DNA from: Macrostomum lignano
Taxonomy: Eukaryota
Reading direction: 5' to 3'
Assembly: GCA_002269645.1 (NCBI GenBank)
Contig: NIVC01000033.1
Coordinates: forward strand, 988,689 to 1,052,688
DNA: 64,000 nt
The notes beneath the pieces are model-generated. The model saw only the letters and a list, made by a program, of their open reading frames with translations, made no database searches and was not told the DNA's origin. Each line of letters begins with the position of its first letter. The first letter of the stretch is position 1. A program made the translations under genes and the position numbers. Of the stretch, positions 46,909 through 58,700 are shown piece by piece.

Positions 46909-49101
46909 ATGCGATTATCGTTAAAAGCCAGAAAAATATTTCGCGAATGCGTCATTCATCATAAATACGAGTACTTCATCAACGCCCTCAACCTTCGCGA
47001 TCCGCTCTACCGTCCGCCGAAGCGGCCACCGCGGCGCTACTACCGCGCGCTCAGAGCCACCGATACGCAGCGTCGCTTTGCTAGCGCCTTTAACACCGCG
47101 CTGGGCGACAAGCGTGGAAGTGCCGAGTATGCGGAAGTGTGCGCTGCAATCAGAACCGCCGCGGAGCAAGCAGTCCCGATGATGCAGCCGGCTCAACGTG
47201 GGCAGCCGGTCTGGCAGGACGACCCCGCGATTCAGGCAGCGAGGGAAGATCTGGAGAAGCTCCGCTTGAGCAGGCGACCAACCCGCGAGGCAGAGGCAGC
47301 TCTGGCAGCTGTCTACCTGCAGCGCCAACAAGCGGCTGTCGATGACGCCATTCAGGCTGTCTCTGCCGCTGGGCCCGATGCCAGAGGGCGCGTGGCCTGG
47401 TCCGCCATCAACGCTCTGACGGGACGAAAGCGGCGCAATCCGCTGAACCTGGCTGGTGACACGCCGGACGAGCGTAGGAACGAGCTGCGCGAGTTCTTCG
47501 CCGCCATCGTCAACGCGCCGCCACCCCCGCTGCCAGACAGTCTGACGCTGCCGCCGGAGACGCCGCTGCCGGCAGAGGAGAGTTTCAGCGTAGCCCCAGT
47601 CAACGCAGCCGACGTTGTCAAGCTCGCCCAGCAGTCACCGGGCGGGAAAGCGCTGGGTCCGGACGAGGTGCCCATCGAGGCGCTGCGCATCCCCTGTGTG
47701 GCCGCTGAGGTCGCCAGAGTGATGAACCGCGTGCTCTTCGGTGAGGCGGCGCCCAACGAATGGACCACGGCGCACATCGTTGCTGTTCCAAAGAAGCCGG
47801 GCACCACTAGGCTTGAAGACCATCGAGGCATCTGCCTTCAGTCCTGTGCAGCGAAGCTGTTCAACCGGATGCTGCTTTCGCGGTTGCAGCCCGTGCTGGA
47901 TCCGTACCTGCGCCCAGAGCAGAACGGGTTCCGGCCCCATCGCGGCACAGTGGCGCAGATCCTGGCTCTTCGCCGAGTCATCGAGGAGGCGCGGATTCGT
48001 CAGTCGATACTGATTTTAATCTTTATTGATTTCAAGAAGGCATTCGACTCGGTTGTCAGAGCCGTGCTTCCAATGGTGCTCCGCGCGTACAACGTGCCTG
48101 AGCAGCTGATCTCCGCCGTCATGGCGATGTACCGTGATACGACAGCTGCTGTGACAACACCGGACGGCCTATCGGACTCCTTTGAGACATCCTCCGGAGT
48201 GCTTCAGGGAGATACGCTGGCGCCGTTTCTGTTCGTCCTGGTGCTTGACTGGGTGCTGCGGACTGCTCTTCCTACCGACGACGACGGTTTTCTGCTGCAG
48301 CGACGCGTGGGTCGACGTCAACCGGAGAAGCGGCTCAGCGTGCTTGGCTACGCCGACGACCTCGCCCTGCTGTCCTCGACCGTCGAGGGCGCCCAACGGC
48401 AGCTGGACAGGCTGGTTGCCGTTGCGGCGAGTGTCGGCCTGGTGGTCAACACGCAGAAGACCGTTGTGCTCTGCGTGCCGGACGACATCGAGGCTGCAAT
48501 ATTTTGCCGAGGCGCTGACGGGCAGGCGACCGAACTCCCGCGATGTCAGCAGTTCGTCTACCTCGGCGGTCTGGTTCCAGACGCTCGCGAGGACCTGCGA
48601 CGCCGCCGCGGGCTTGCCTGGGCTGCCTTTCGTTCTGTGAGGGCAGTCCTGCAGTCCGAGGCCCTACCGGACCGCCAGAGGGCGGCGCTGTTCCAGGCGG
48701 TAATCGAGACCGTCCTGCTGTACAACGCCGAGACCTGGACGCTGACGGACTCACTCGAACAGCAAGTCGATGCGGCGCACGCTGGTCTGCTGCGCGCCGC
48801 CTTCAACATCGGCGTCGAGCGAGTCACCAACGCGGCACTCTATCGCCGCGCTGGCCTGCCACGTCCAAGTGATCTACTGCGCCGTCGGCGACTCCAGCTC
48901 GCAGGCCATCTCATCCGCGCCGAGTCGTACTGCCCACAGCCGGTGCAGGAGGTGCTGCTGCTCACGCTGCAGGCACCCTACCGGCGAGGTCAAGCGCGAA
49001 CTCGGCGTTATGTCGACTGTCTGCTGGCTGACGCCGGCGCCCCGGACACTGCCGGTGGCGCGGCCTTTGTTCGCGCCCAAGCCATGAAGCGCGCCCTGTG
49101 A
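46909..49101 (+). CDS. Non-LTR (RTE-like) reverse transcriptase ORF lacking endonuclease
   Basis: KALGPDEVP, EQNGFRPHRGT, FIDFKKAFDSV, GVLQGDTLAPFLF, LGYADD, FVYLG and YNAETWTL, all uninterrupted. In-frame ATG at 46909 lies in AT-richer sequence upstream of the LINE-like part. Confidence 0.9.
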   Translation: MRLSLKARKIFRECVIHHKYEYFINALNLRDPLYRPPKRPPRRYYRALRATDTQRRFASAFNTALGDKRGSAEYAEVCAAIRTAAEQAVPMMQPAQRGQPVWQDDPAIQAAREDLEKLRLSRRPTREAEAALAAVYLQRQQAAVDDAIQAVSAAGPDARGRVAWSAINALTGRKRRNPLNLAGDTPDERRNELREFFAAIVNAPPPPLPDSLTLPPETPLPAEESFSVAPVNAADVVKLAQQSPGGKALGPDEVPIEALRIPCVAAEVARVMNRVLFGEAAPNEWTTAHIVAVPKKPGTTRLEDHRGICLQSCAAKLFNRMLLSRLQPVLDPYLRPEQNGFRPHRGTVAQILALRRVIEEARIRQSILILIFIDFKKAFDSVVRAVLPMVLRAYNVPEQLISAVMAMYRDTTAAVTTPDGLSDSFETSSGVLQGDTLAPFLFVLVLDWVLRTALPTDDDGFLLQRRVGRRQPEKRLSVLGYADDLALLSSTVEGAQRQLDRLVAVAASVGLVVNTQKTVVLCVPDDIEAAIFCRGADGQATELPRCQQFVYLGGLVPDAREDLRRRRGLAWAAFRSVRAVLQSEALPDRQRAALFQAVIETVLLYNAETWTLTDSLEQQVDAAHAGLLRAAFNIGVERVTNAALYRRAGLPRPSDLLRRRRLQLAGHLIRAESYCPQPVQEVLLLTLQAPYRRGQARTRRYVDCLLADAGAPDTAGGAAFVRAQAMKRAL

Positions 49102-49150
49102 CGCTGACTTTTACCATCATGACAGCGTATTTTGTTGTTGTTGTTGTTGT
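46990..49150 (+). mobile_element. 5'-truncated RTE-like non-LTR retrotransposon with (TTG)n tail; 5' boundary approximate
   Basis: Non-LTR RT motifs; no AP-endonuclease domain; short 3' UTR followed by (TTG)6 at 49132-49149. Confidence 0.85.
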
Positions 49151-49189
49151 ACTCGGGACTGGGCACCCAAGCCGACCCGGGTTACAACA
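49147..49189 (+). repeat. 3' LTR remnant (43 bp, U5 end)
   Basis: Identical to 41153-41195 and followed by the CATG TSD. Confidence 0.93.
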
Positions 49190-49786
49190 CATGGTAATAT
49201 TCTAGTTGCTATGCGGCTGCTGCACCTGTAGCCATGGTAATATTCTAGTTGCTATGCGGCTGCTGCACCTGTAGCCATGATGATATTCAAGTTGCTATGC
49301 GGCTGCTGCACCTGTAGCCATGGTAATATTCTAGTTGCTATGCGGCTGCTGCACCTGTAGCCATGATGATATTCAAGTTGCTATGCAGCTGCTGCACCTG
49401 TAGCCATGGTAATATTCTAGTTGCTATGCGGCTGGTGCACCCGTAGCCATGGTGATATTCTAGTTGCTATGCGGCTGGTGCACCTGTAGCCATGGTGATA
49501 TTCAAGTTGCTATGCGGCTGGTGCACCTGTATCCATGATGATATTCAAGTTGCTATGCGGCTGGTGCACCCGTAGCCATGGTGATATTCGAGTTGCTATG
49601 CGGCTGGTGCACCTGTATCCATGGTGATATTCGAGTTGCTATGCGGCTGGTGCACCCGTAGCCATGGTGATATTCGAGTTGCTATGCGGCTGGTGCACCT
49701 GTATTCATGGTGTATCCAGGATGATATTCGAGTTGCTATGCGGCTGGTGCACCTGTATCCATGGTGATATTCTAGTTGCTATGCGG
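49190..49786. repeat. 43-bp minisatellite, right part
   Basis: Same unit resumes in register after the TSD; about 14 copies. Confidence 0.93.
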
Positions 49787-50058
49787 CTTTAGGCGCTGCC
49801 CGCAAATCAAGAGCGACGGTGGACCCGCAGCCCAACTGCAGACCCCTGAACAAGCACACGGATGCGCTCACAGCAGGCCGCGAACCCCAAGTTAATTGGG
49901 GCCGGCGGCAGCGCATGGAATCGAACCCGGGGTCTTCGGAGATCGAGTCTGGCGATGCGCTACCGCTGCCAGCTGTCTGCTGGAATTTATCCGCCAATTC
50001 CGAAGGCCTGAAGCGAAGGACTTGCATTCGAACTGTAAACATGCAGTGTTTGATCGAC

Positions 50059-50071
50059 TCTCTCTCTCTCT

Positions 50072-50116
<45 letters not shown>
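50059..50116. repeat. (CT)n microsatellite
   Basis: Direct observation. Confidence 0.95.
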
Positions 50117-50119
<3 letters not shown>

Positions 50120-50614
50120 TTGTCCTCTAGGTGTATATCTGCTGCCTCCGAATCTCGCTGAACCATCTGCAGTCCGCTGCTTATTGCTTCTAATCTGCCC
50201 TCCAGGGTCATCAATCATTTCAGTTTGAGTGACAGGTGCGCAGATAATCTGGTTTGACCATTTGACCTTGAACTGGCGCGCTAACACAGTGCCACCGGAA
50301 TACCTACTGCACTGCCGGCCGGTCCGCTGCAATGGAGTCAAGCTTTATGGATTGGATTCGGGCTGGCAACTCGCCCATTTCTCTAAACTGAACACTTGCG
50401 CTGTTCGCCGATGTACTTTAGCCATGGCCGTCTGTCACCCGCAGCGGTAATAGACAGCTGTGTACGGCCTCACCTGTCTTCAGAATAGGAAGAGCCATTC
50501 ATGATTTGCCTGAGAGGACATGATTTACTAGTCATTTCCAATGGATCTGGCATCTCATCTGACCCATAAGAATGCTGCATCACCCTTCCAGATCCTTGCG
50601 GTTGCTGGGCCAGC

Positions 50615-51842
50615 CTCCCATCTCCTCAGTTGCTGGGCCAGCCTCCCAGATCCTCAGTTGCTGATCCAGCCTCCCAGATCCTCAGTTGTTGGGCCAGCCT
50701 CCCAGATCCTCAGTTGCTGGGCCAGCCTCCCAGATCCTTAGTTGCTGATCCAGCCTCCCAGATCCTCAGTTGCTGAGCCAGCCTCCCAGATCCTCAGTTG
50801 CTAGGCCAGCCTCCCAGATCCTCAGTTGCTGGGCCAGCCTCCCAGATCCTCAGTTGCTGGGCCAGCCTCCCAGATCCTCAGTTGCTGATCCAGCCTCCCA
50901 GATCCTCAGTTGCTGGGCCAGCCTCCCAGATCCTCAGTTGCTGGGCCAGCCTCCCAAAACCTCAGTTGCTGGGCCAGCCTCCCAGATCCTCAGTTGCTGA
51001 GCCAGCCTCCCAGATCCTCAGTTGCTGATCCAGCCTCCCAGATCCTCAGTTGCTGGGCCAGCCTCCCAGATCCTCAGTTGCTGGGCCAGCCTCCCAGATC
51101 CTCAGTTGCTGATCCAGCCTCCCAGATCCTCAGTTGCTGGGCCAGCCTCCCAGATCCTCAGTTGCTGGGCCAGCCTCCCAAAACCTCAGTTGCTGGGCCA
51201 GCCTCCCAGATCCTCAGTTGCTGATCCAGCCTCCCAGATCCTCAGTTGCTGATCCAGCCTCCCAGATCCTCAGTTGCTGATCCAGCCTCCCAGATCCTCA
51301 GTTGCCGAACCAGCCTCCCAGATCCTCAGTTGCTGATCCAGCCTCCCAGATCCTCAGTTGCTGATCCAGCCTCCCAGATCCTCAGTTGCCGAACCAGCCT
51401 CCCAGATCCTCAGTTGCTGATCCAGCCTCCCAGATCCTCAGTTGCTGAACCAGCCTCCCAGATCCTCTGTTGCTGAGCCAGCCTCCCAGATCCTCAGTTG
51501 CTGATCCAGCCTCCCAGATCCTCAGTTGCTGAACCAGCCTCCCAGATCCTCTGTTGCTGAGCCAGCCTCCCAGATCCTCAGTTGCTGGGCCAGCCTTCCA
51601 GATCCTCAGTTGCTGAGCCAGCCTCCCAGATCCTCAGTTGCTGAGCCAGCCTCCCAGATCCTCAGTTGCTGAGCCAGCCTCTTAGATCCTCAGTTGCTGG
51701 GCCAGCCTCCCAGATCCTCAGTTGCTTAGCCAGCCTCCCAGATCCTCAGTTGCTTAGCCAGCCTCTTAGATCCTCAGTTGCTGGGCCAGCCTCCCAGATC
51801 CTCAGTTGCTTAGCCAGCCTCTTAGATCCTCAGTTGCTGGGC
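50615..51842. repeat. 28-bp minisatellite CCAGCCTCCCAGATCCTCAGTTGCTGGG
   Basis: About 43 copies. Confidence 0.93.
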
Positions 51843-52281
51843 CACCACCGCCCCCTCCAGCTCCGAGGCTGGTGGACCACCCTAACAGAAAAAAAGTCGC
51901 AAGTGACAGAACTTTCTACTAGCTACTACTAAATAACTTCAATAAACAATGCATATTTATGTACATTGTATGCATTCGGTCCGCAGCCACCCCAAAGTCG
52001 CCAATGCGAGTTGCCAGGGCCGGGCACGCATTCGCAGTACCGCAGCCCCCCCCCCGCCCCGCATTCTGGCTGCGACCAGCCGCCCGCCAGAGCCCCGCCA
52101 GCGCGCTGATCTATCAGATAGCGCAGCAGCCCTTAATAAATTGTCGGTCCAATTTTTTTCAATCAGTTTCAATCTGCCTACAGATTTTTCGCTCCATTCA
52201 GACGATCGCGCAGCCAAATTTAAGTTTATTCGCACCAGCCGAGGTCTTCAATCAGCGACTAACTGCAGACAGCTCCTGGCG

Positions 52282-52402
52282 ATGTCTGGCAGCCGAGCTC
52301 CACCAGGCGTCGGCTTTGGCGCAAGCCTGCCGCTGCTGCTGCTGCTGCTGCTGCTGTGCCTTGCCGGGACTGCCGGAGGGCAGGAGGAAGAACAGCAGAG
52401 CA
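52282..52402 (+). CDS. Signal-peptide exon of a secreted protein (probably the mucin-like gene)
   Basis: MSGSRAPPGVGFGASLPLLLLLLLLCLAGTAGG-QEEE has a Leu core and a small-residue cleavage site; donor A|GTAAGT, phase 1. The link to the downstream repeat exon is inferred. Confidence 0.6.
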
Positions 52403-52514
52403 GTAAGTTTGCCCTGCTTCACTGGGCTTCTTCTAGGGGAGGGGATCGTGGTGGACTTGCAGATTAGCTAAATGAAATCAAATTATTTTAATAAACGAAT
52501 TACTTACGGACTGG

Positions 52515-53170
52515 TCTACCCGACTCCACCAATCTGTCCACCAACTTGTCTACCAGACTCTCCAACAATCTGTCCACCAATTTGTCTACCCGACTCTCCA
52601 CCAATCTGTCCACCAATTTGTCTACCAGACTCTCCAACAATCTGTCCACCAATTTGTCTACCAGACTCTCCACCAATCTGTCCACCAATTTGTCTACCAG
52701 ACTCTCCAACAATCTGTCCACCAGCTTTTCTACCCGACTCCACCAATCTGTCCACCAATTTGTCTACCAGACTCTTCACCAATCTGTCCACCAGATTGTC
52801 TACCCGACTCCACCAATCTGTCCACCAGATTGTCTACCAGACTCTTCACCAATCTGTCCACCAGCTTTTCTACCCGACTCCACCAATCTGTCTACCAGCT
52901 TGTCTACCAGACTCTCCACCAATCTGTCCACCAGCTTGTCTACCAGACTATCCACCAATCTGTCCACCAGCTTGTCTACCAGACTCTCCACCAATCTGTC
53001 CACCAATTTGTCTACCAGACTCTCCACCAATCTTTCCACCAGCTTGTCTAACAGACTATCCACCAATCTGTCCACCAGCTTGTCTACCAGACTCTCCACT
53101 AATCTGTCCACCAAATTGTCTACCCGACTCTCCACCTATCTGTCCACCAATTTGTCGTCAACCAGACTGT
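52515..53170. repeat. 36-bp (3 x 12-bp) minisatellite CCACCAATCTGTCCACCAATTTGTCTACCAGACTCT
   Basis: About 18 copies, downstream of the signal-peptide exon. Confidence 0.9.
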
Positions 53171-53989
53171 CGACCAGTCTAAACCATAATGTCTACGAAT
53201 CTGTCTATAAAAAAGAATGTCTTAGAATTTCTATGTAAACGGATTTCAGAATGATTATTAAAACTTCTGTCAGAATGATTAATAAAATGTCTCTCAGAAT
53301 ACCCTGGAACGTATCTGGGATTGCATTTCAGGATTTCAGAGATAGAATATCCTTCTAAAACATGTCTTGAATTTTTCTCTCGGACATTAGCTAGCCGAAG
53401 TGAACAGGTGCCACGGAATCGGTTTTGTCAGGTTAGAAACGGTGCAGGAAAAGTACCCAAGATTCTGCCAGGTATTTACGAACTCTAAGAGTACCGACAA
53501 AATTAGAGGTGACAACGATCGCAAATTGTTCTATTTTACGAGATTGCGGCTCGCATATCTGACAGAAGCACTCAATAAAGTTATCAGCAAGCAGGTGAAA
53601 GTAATTATTGTCTAGCCGTAAAAAGCTTGATGGCAGCCAGCAAGTTGGGTGCAAAACTGGCATTGGCAGACACAGCAGCCACCCAACCGGACCCAGAGGT
53701 CAAACTGTCTGGGCCGCATTGAAGTGGCCAGAATTACCAGCCTGACCAGAACCAGTTTATCTGGCGGCTAATCTCCTTGGGGTTCGCTCGCTTCCAATTA
53801 GCTTGAATACGCACAGGTGTATACAGTATGATCTGCACGACGGTCTCTTTAAACTTTGCCGGCTAAAACGGGTGTTGAAATGAAATAAAATTCTTAGTAA
53901 ATCAATATTGAGACATACGGATTTTAGTCCACTTATATCTTATGGACGATTTTAGTAGGCATCTCGATATCTCGCGTCGCACTTTTATG

Positions 53990-54262
53990 CCAGCGGCCCA
54001 GGTTCGAATCCAAGCTGGAGAGGGCCGTCGCATTAATTTGGAGCTAAATTGAAATCTTGGCTTGGCTCTGCTCTTGCAATTAACACCCTTGAGAGCCAAC
54101 CTCCCAAGGCGCAGTGAAGTGTACATACCTAATGATAAATAAAGTTAGGGCCGCTGTACACTCCTGTGTAAGTGTGTACCTTTGGGTGTGCCTGCTCAGG
54201 AGAGTCGTTGGAATGGGCAGCAATGCCTCTCGCCGGTTGTTTGACAATGTCGCTTAAAGTGC
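53990..54262 (+). mobile_element. Dispersed SINE-like repeat with a tRNA B-box-like head
   Basis: GGTTCGAATCC at 54001-54011. The body recurs at about 1996-2130 (+) and 54808-54983 (-). Confidence 0.55.
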
Positions 54263-54531
54263 GTTAGGGTGCACAAAGCCCTTGCCTATACACGTACGCT
54301 CGTACTTAAATTAGGAATTGAAGGCGATTTTAGCGTGACCTTTTGGCCCGGCGGGCAGAAAATCCGGCGCGTTTATCGTCATAGAAACTCTGGCTGCCAA
54401 TTAACAGCCAGCAAATCAGTGAGTGGCTGCAAATTTTCAATTTAACTTTCAATACTTCAAGTAGTCTATCGTCGCCAATGTCGCTTAAACGGCGCCCTCT
54501 GATTCTCAACTCACCTTTCTTTTTTGTTCAG

Positions 54532-54555
54532 ATGTTGGTTCTACCCATCATACAA
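54532..54555 (+). CDS. Candidate 24-nt microexon of the mucin-like gene
   Basis: Strong acceptor CTTTCTTTTTTGTTCAG and donor GTGAGT; phase 1/1 continues the signal-peptide exon (NVGSTHHT). Confidence 0.4.
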
Positions 54556-54807
54556 GTGAGTCCTCCAGGAGTCAGTTGCTCAGGCCTTCTCAAGGATTTT
54601 AGCTCGTCAGTGGGGGCTGGTTGCTTTGTGGAGCTAAGGGACTGCGAACGAATTCTCATTATGATTTGCATTGCTCGGCTCAGCACACCCAGCTTAGTGG
54701 ATCCGCAGTCTGTCTCAGTCTCTCGACCACAGGCGGGGAAGAAAACCACGAAATGAACCGCATGCAAACACTTGATAACTTTTTATTAGAGACTTATTTT
54801 GAGTGAA

Positions 54808-54983
54808 ATTGTCACACACAAACGGCGAGAGGCATTGCTGCCCATTCCACCGGCTCCCCTGAGCAGGCAGCGGCCCAAACTTTATATATCGCTAGGCATG
54901 TACACCACACTGTGCCTTGGGGTTAATGGCGTTAATTGCACGAGCAGAGCCAAGCCGCCGAGATTTGACTGCACCTGGGCCGT
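54808..54983 (-). mobile_element. Inverted copy of the SINE-like repeat
   Basis: Reverse complement contains GGCTTGGCTCTGCTC, AAAGTTTGGGCCGCTG, TGCCTGCTCAGG and GGAATGGGCAGCAATGCCTCTCGCC, as in 54050-54250. Confidence 0.65.
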
Positions 54984-55718
54984 TTGGAACATAAAAGCGC
55001 CGCGCCAGACCAATAGACTGCGCCCTAAACACTCGTGAACAGGTCTTCACGTGGTCTATTCACCTGTTGTTCCTGTCTCTTTCGCGCAATTTTCCTGAAT
55101 GAGTTTTGACTATCGGGAGACCCCATTTAGGGTTATACAAAAAACGAATATTTTCGACATCAATTAGATAACACAGCTGTTTTTGAGTAAACTCTAATTT
55201 TGTAGATGCTTCGAATGTTTCCTTCGAAAACTTGCAAGTAGGCCTTGGGAAAAAATTCCTTCCTTCATTTTGGAACTTTCGAAAGTGAGGTTTCATTTCT
55301 TCTTCCTATATACTAATATTGGTCTGTCTCCATTTAGGTATCTGATCTATGCGATTTATTTTAGCGAAACGGCTCAATTCTATGCTGAAAATGAACGAGT
55401 GGAAGAGTCTTTTCCACTCTTTGAAATATCCGGATCCATTCGTCTTCAAATAGACAACTATAAAAAAAAACATGCTCCAAATCGACATGCTAATTCAAAA
55501 GCATGTAATTTAGCTTCAAAACCGTGTTGTCCATTCTAGTCTCAATTGTTCGCACTTACGCTCGTAAATAAGGACGAATATAACCTTTCTCCGCTGCAGC
55601 CGGATTTCAAAACACATTCAAAATCATCATCAAGCACTGCTGCGAAGAGTGCAAGGCAAAAGAAAAAAACGTAACACAGCATCTGAAAGACCCTAAAAAA
55701 GGAACTAAAGAGTTCTTT

Positions 55719-58700
55719 GTGCACTTTTTGCAACACCTAACCGCGTTCAACAAGCTGATCGACTGTTGTACCGCCTGTCACAATGACAGTTGGGACGATA
55801 CTGAAATTGACGAAGAAAAAGCCAAGCCAACGAAATCAACAGACGAAAAAACAACAACTTCGAAACCAATATCCAGAACGACAAGCACTGAACAGGAAAC
55901 TACTGCTTCAACATGGAGCACCCAAGTAAAAAGCGCCACGACACAGACAGTTGAGAGCTCGACCGTGAGTGGCGCGACGCCCAGCAGCGAGGCCGAGACT
56001 GCGAGCACTGCGTCTGCGTCTACTGTTTCCACTGCGGAACCGGAAGCCACAAGCGCCGCCAGTGTCGAGACGCCGAGCGTGAGTGTACCAGAAGCGACAG
56101 GCCCGACATTGAGCACGGAGTCGACACAGACAGTCGAGAGCTCGACCGTGAGTGGCGCGACGCCCAGCAGCGAGGCCGAGACTGCGAGCACTGCGTCTGC
56201 GTCTACTGTTTCCACTGCGGAACCGGAAGCCACAAGCGCCGCCAGTGTCGAGACGCCGAGCGTGAGTGTACCAGAAGCGACAGGCCCGACATTGAGCACG
56301 GAGTCGACACAGACAGTTGAGAGCTCGACCGTGAGTAGCGCGACGCCCAGCAGCGAGGCCGAGACTGCGAGCACTGCGTCTGCGTCTACTGTTTCCACTG
56401 CGGAACCGGAAGCCACAAGCGCCGCCAGTGTCGAGACGACGAGCGTAAGTGTACCAGAAGCGACAGGCCCGACATTGAGCACGGAGTCGACACAGACAGT
56501 TGAGAGCTCGACCGTGAGTGGCGCGACGCCCAGCAGCGAGGCCGAGACTGCGAGCACTGCGTCTGCGTCAACTGTTTCCACTGCGGAACCGGAAGCCACA
56601 AGCGCCGCCAGTGTCGAGACGCCGAGCGTGAGTGTACCAGAAGCGACAGGCCCGACATTGAGCACGGAGTCGACACAGACAGTTGAGAGCTCGACCGTGA
56701 GTGGCGCGACGCCCAGCAGCGAGGCCGAGACTGCGAGCACTGCGTCTGCGTCTACTGTTTCCACTGCGGAACCGGAAGCCACAAGCGCCGCCAGTGTCGA
56801 GACGCCGAGCGTGAGTGTACCAGAAGCGACAGGCCCGACATTGAGCAGGGAGTTGACACAGACAGTTGAGAGCTCGACCGTGAGTGGCGCGACGACCAGC
56901 AGCAAGGCTGAGACTGCGAGCACTGCGTCTGCGTCTACTGTTTCCACTGCGGAACCGGAAGCCACAAGCGCCGCCAGTGTCGAGACGCCGAGCGTGAGTG
57001 TACCAGAAGCGACAGGCCCGACATTGAGCACGGAGTCGACACAGACAGTTGAGAGCTCGACCGTGAGTGGCGCGACGCCCAGCAGCGAGGCCGAGACTGC
57101 GAGCACTGCGTCTGCGTCTACTGTTTCCACTGCGGAACCGGAAGCCACAAGCGCCGCCAGTGTCGAGACGCCGAGCGTAAGTGTACCAGAAGCGACAGGC
57201 CCGACATTGAGCAGGGAGTCGACACAGACAGTCGAGAGCTCGACCGTGAGTGGCGCGACGCCCAGCAGCGAGGCCGAGACTGCGAGCACTGCGTCTGCGT
57301 CTACTGTTTCCACTGCGGAACCGGAAGCCACAAGCGCCGCCAGTGTCGAGACGCCGAGCGTGAGTGTACCAGAAGCGACAGGCCCGACATTGAGCCGGGA
57401 GTCAACGCAGACAGTTGAGAGCTCGACCGTGAGTGGCGCGACGCCCAGCAGCGAGGCTGAGACTGCGAGCACTGCGTCTGCGTCTACTGTTTCCACTGCG
57501 GAACCGGAAGCCACAAGCGCCGCCAGTGTCGAGACGCCGAGCGTGAGTGTACCAGAAGCGACAGGCCCGACATTGAGCACGGAGTCGACACAGACAGTCG
57601 AGAGCTCGACCGTGAGTGGCGCGACGCCCAGCAGCGAGGCTGAGACTGCGAGCACTGCGTCTGCGTCTACTGTTTCCACTGCGGAACCGGAAGCCACAAG
57701 CGCCGCCAGTGTCGAGACGCCGAGCGTGAGTGTACCAGAAGCGACAGGCCCGACATTGAGCACGGAGTCGACACAGACAGTCGAGAGCTCGACCGTGAGT
57801 GGCGCGACGCCCAGCAGCGAGGCCGAGACTGCGAGCACTGCGTCTGCGTCTACTGTTTCCACTGCGGAACCGGAAGCCACAAGCGCCGCCAGTGTCGAGA
57901 CGCCGAGCGTAAGTGTACCAGAAGCGACAGGCCCGACATTGAGCAGGGAGTCGACACAGACAGTTGAGAGCTCGACCGTGAGTGGCGCGACGCCCAGCAG
58001 CGAGGCCGAGACTGCGAGCACTGCGTCTGCGTCTACTGTTTCCACTGCGGAACCGGAAGCCACAAGCGCCGCCAGTGTCGAGACGCCGAGCGTGAGTGTA
58101 CCAGAAGCGACAGGCCCGACATTGAGCAGGGAGTCGACACAGACAGTTGAGAGCTCGACCGTGAGTGGCGCGACGCCCAGCAGCGAGGCCAAGACTGCGA
58201 GAACTGCGTCTGCGTCTACTGTTTCCACTGCGGAACCGGAAGCCACAAGCGCCGCCAGTGTCGAGACGCCGAGCGTGAGTGTACCAGAAGCGACAGGCCC
58301 GACATTGAGCACGGAGTCGACACAGACAGTTGAGAGCTCGACCGTGAGTGGCGCGACGCCCAGCAGCGAGGCCGAGACTGCGAGCACTGCGTCTGCGTCT
58401 ACTGTTTCCACTGCGGAACCGGAAGCCACAAGCGCCGCCAGTGTCGAGACGCCGAGCGTGAGTGTACCAGAAGCGACAGGCCCGACATTGAGCACGGAGT
58501 CGACACAGACAGTCGAGAGCTCGACCGTGAGTGACGCGACGCCCAGCAGCGAGGCCGAGACTGCGAGCACTGCGTCTGCGTCTACTGTTTCCACTGCGGA
58601 ACCGAAAGCCACAAGCGCCGCCAGTGTCGAGACGCCGAGCGTGAGTGTACCAGAAGCGACAGGCCCGACATTGAGCACGGAGTCGACACAGACAGTTGAG

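Larger units (their letters stand above)
40296..49189 (+). mobile_element. Ty3/gypsy LTR retrotransposon (3' LTR mostly replaced by a LINE)
   Basis: TGT...ACA ends, 4-bp TSD CATG (40292-40295 and 49190-49193), PBS, and gag with PR-RT-RH-IN order. Confidence 0.95.

Noticed and set aside
46888-49101. env-like third ORF of the LTR element
   Set aside because: Motifs are clearly non-LTR RT (QGD, YADD), with no signal peptide or TM segment.
581-53238. Many long ORFs made of short peptide repeats (e.g. 581-2018, 5409-5951, 8641-9895, 10463-11240, 20600-21583, 24538-25795, 34488-35041, 52472-53238)
   Set aside because: They coincide with intronic or intergenic minisatellites, are open in several frames or strands, or are shadows of rootletin exons.
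53950-54030. tRNA gene suggested by GGTTCGAATCC
   Set aside because: No clear A-box or cloverleaf, and it runs into a dispersed repeat body; treated as a SINE head.
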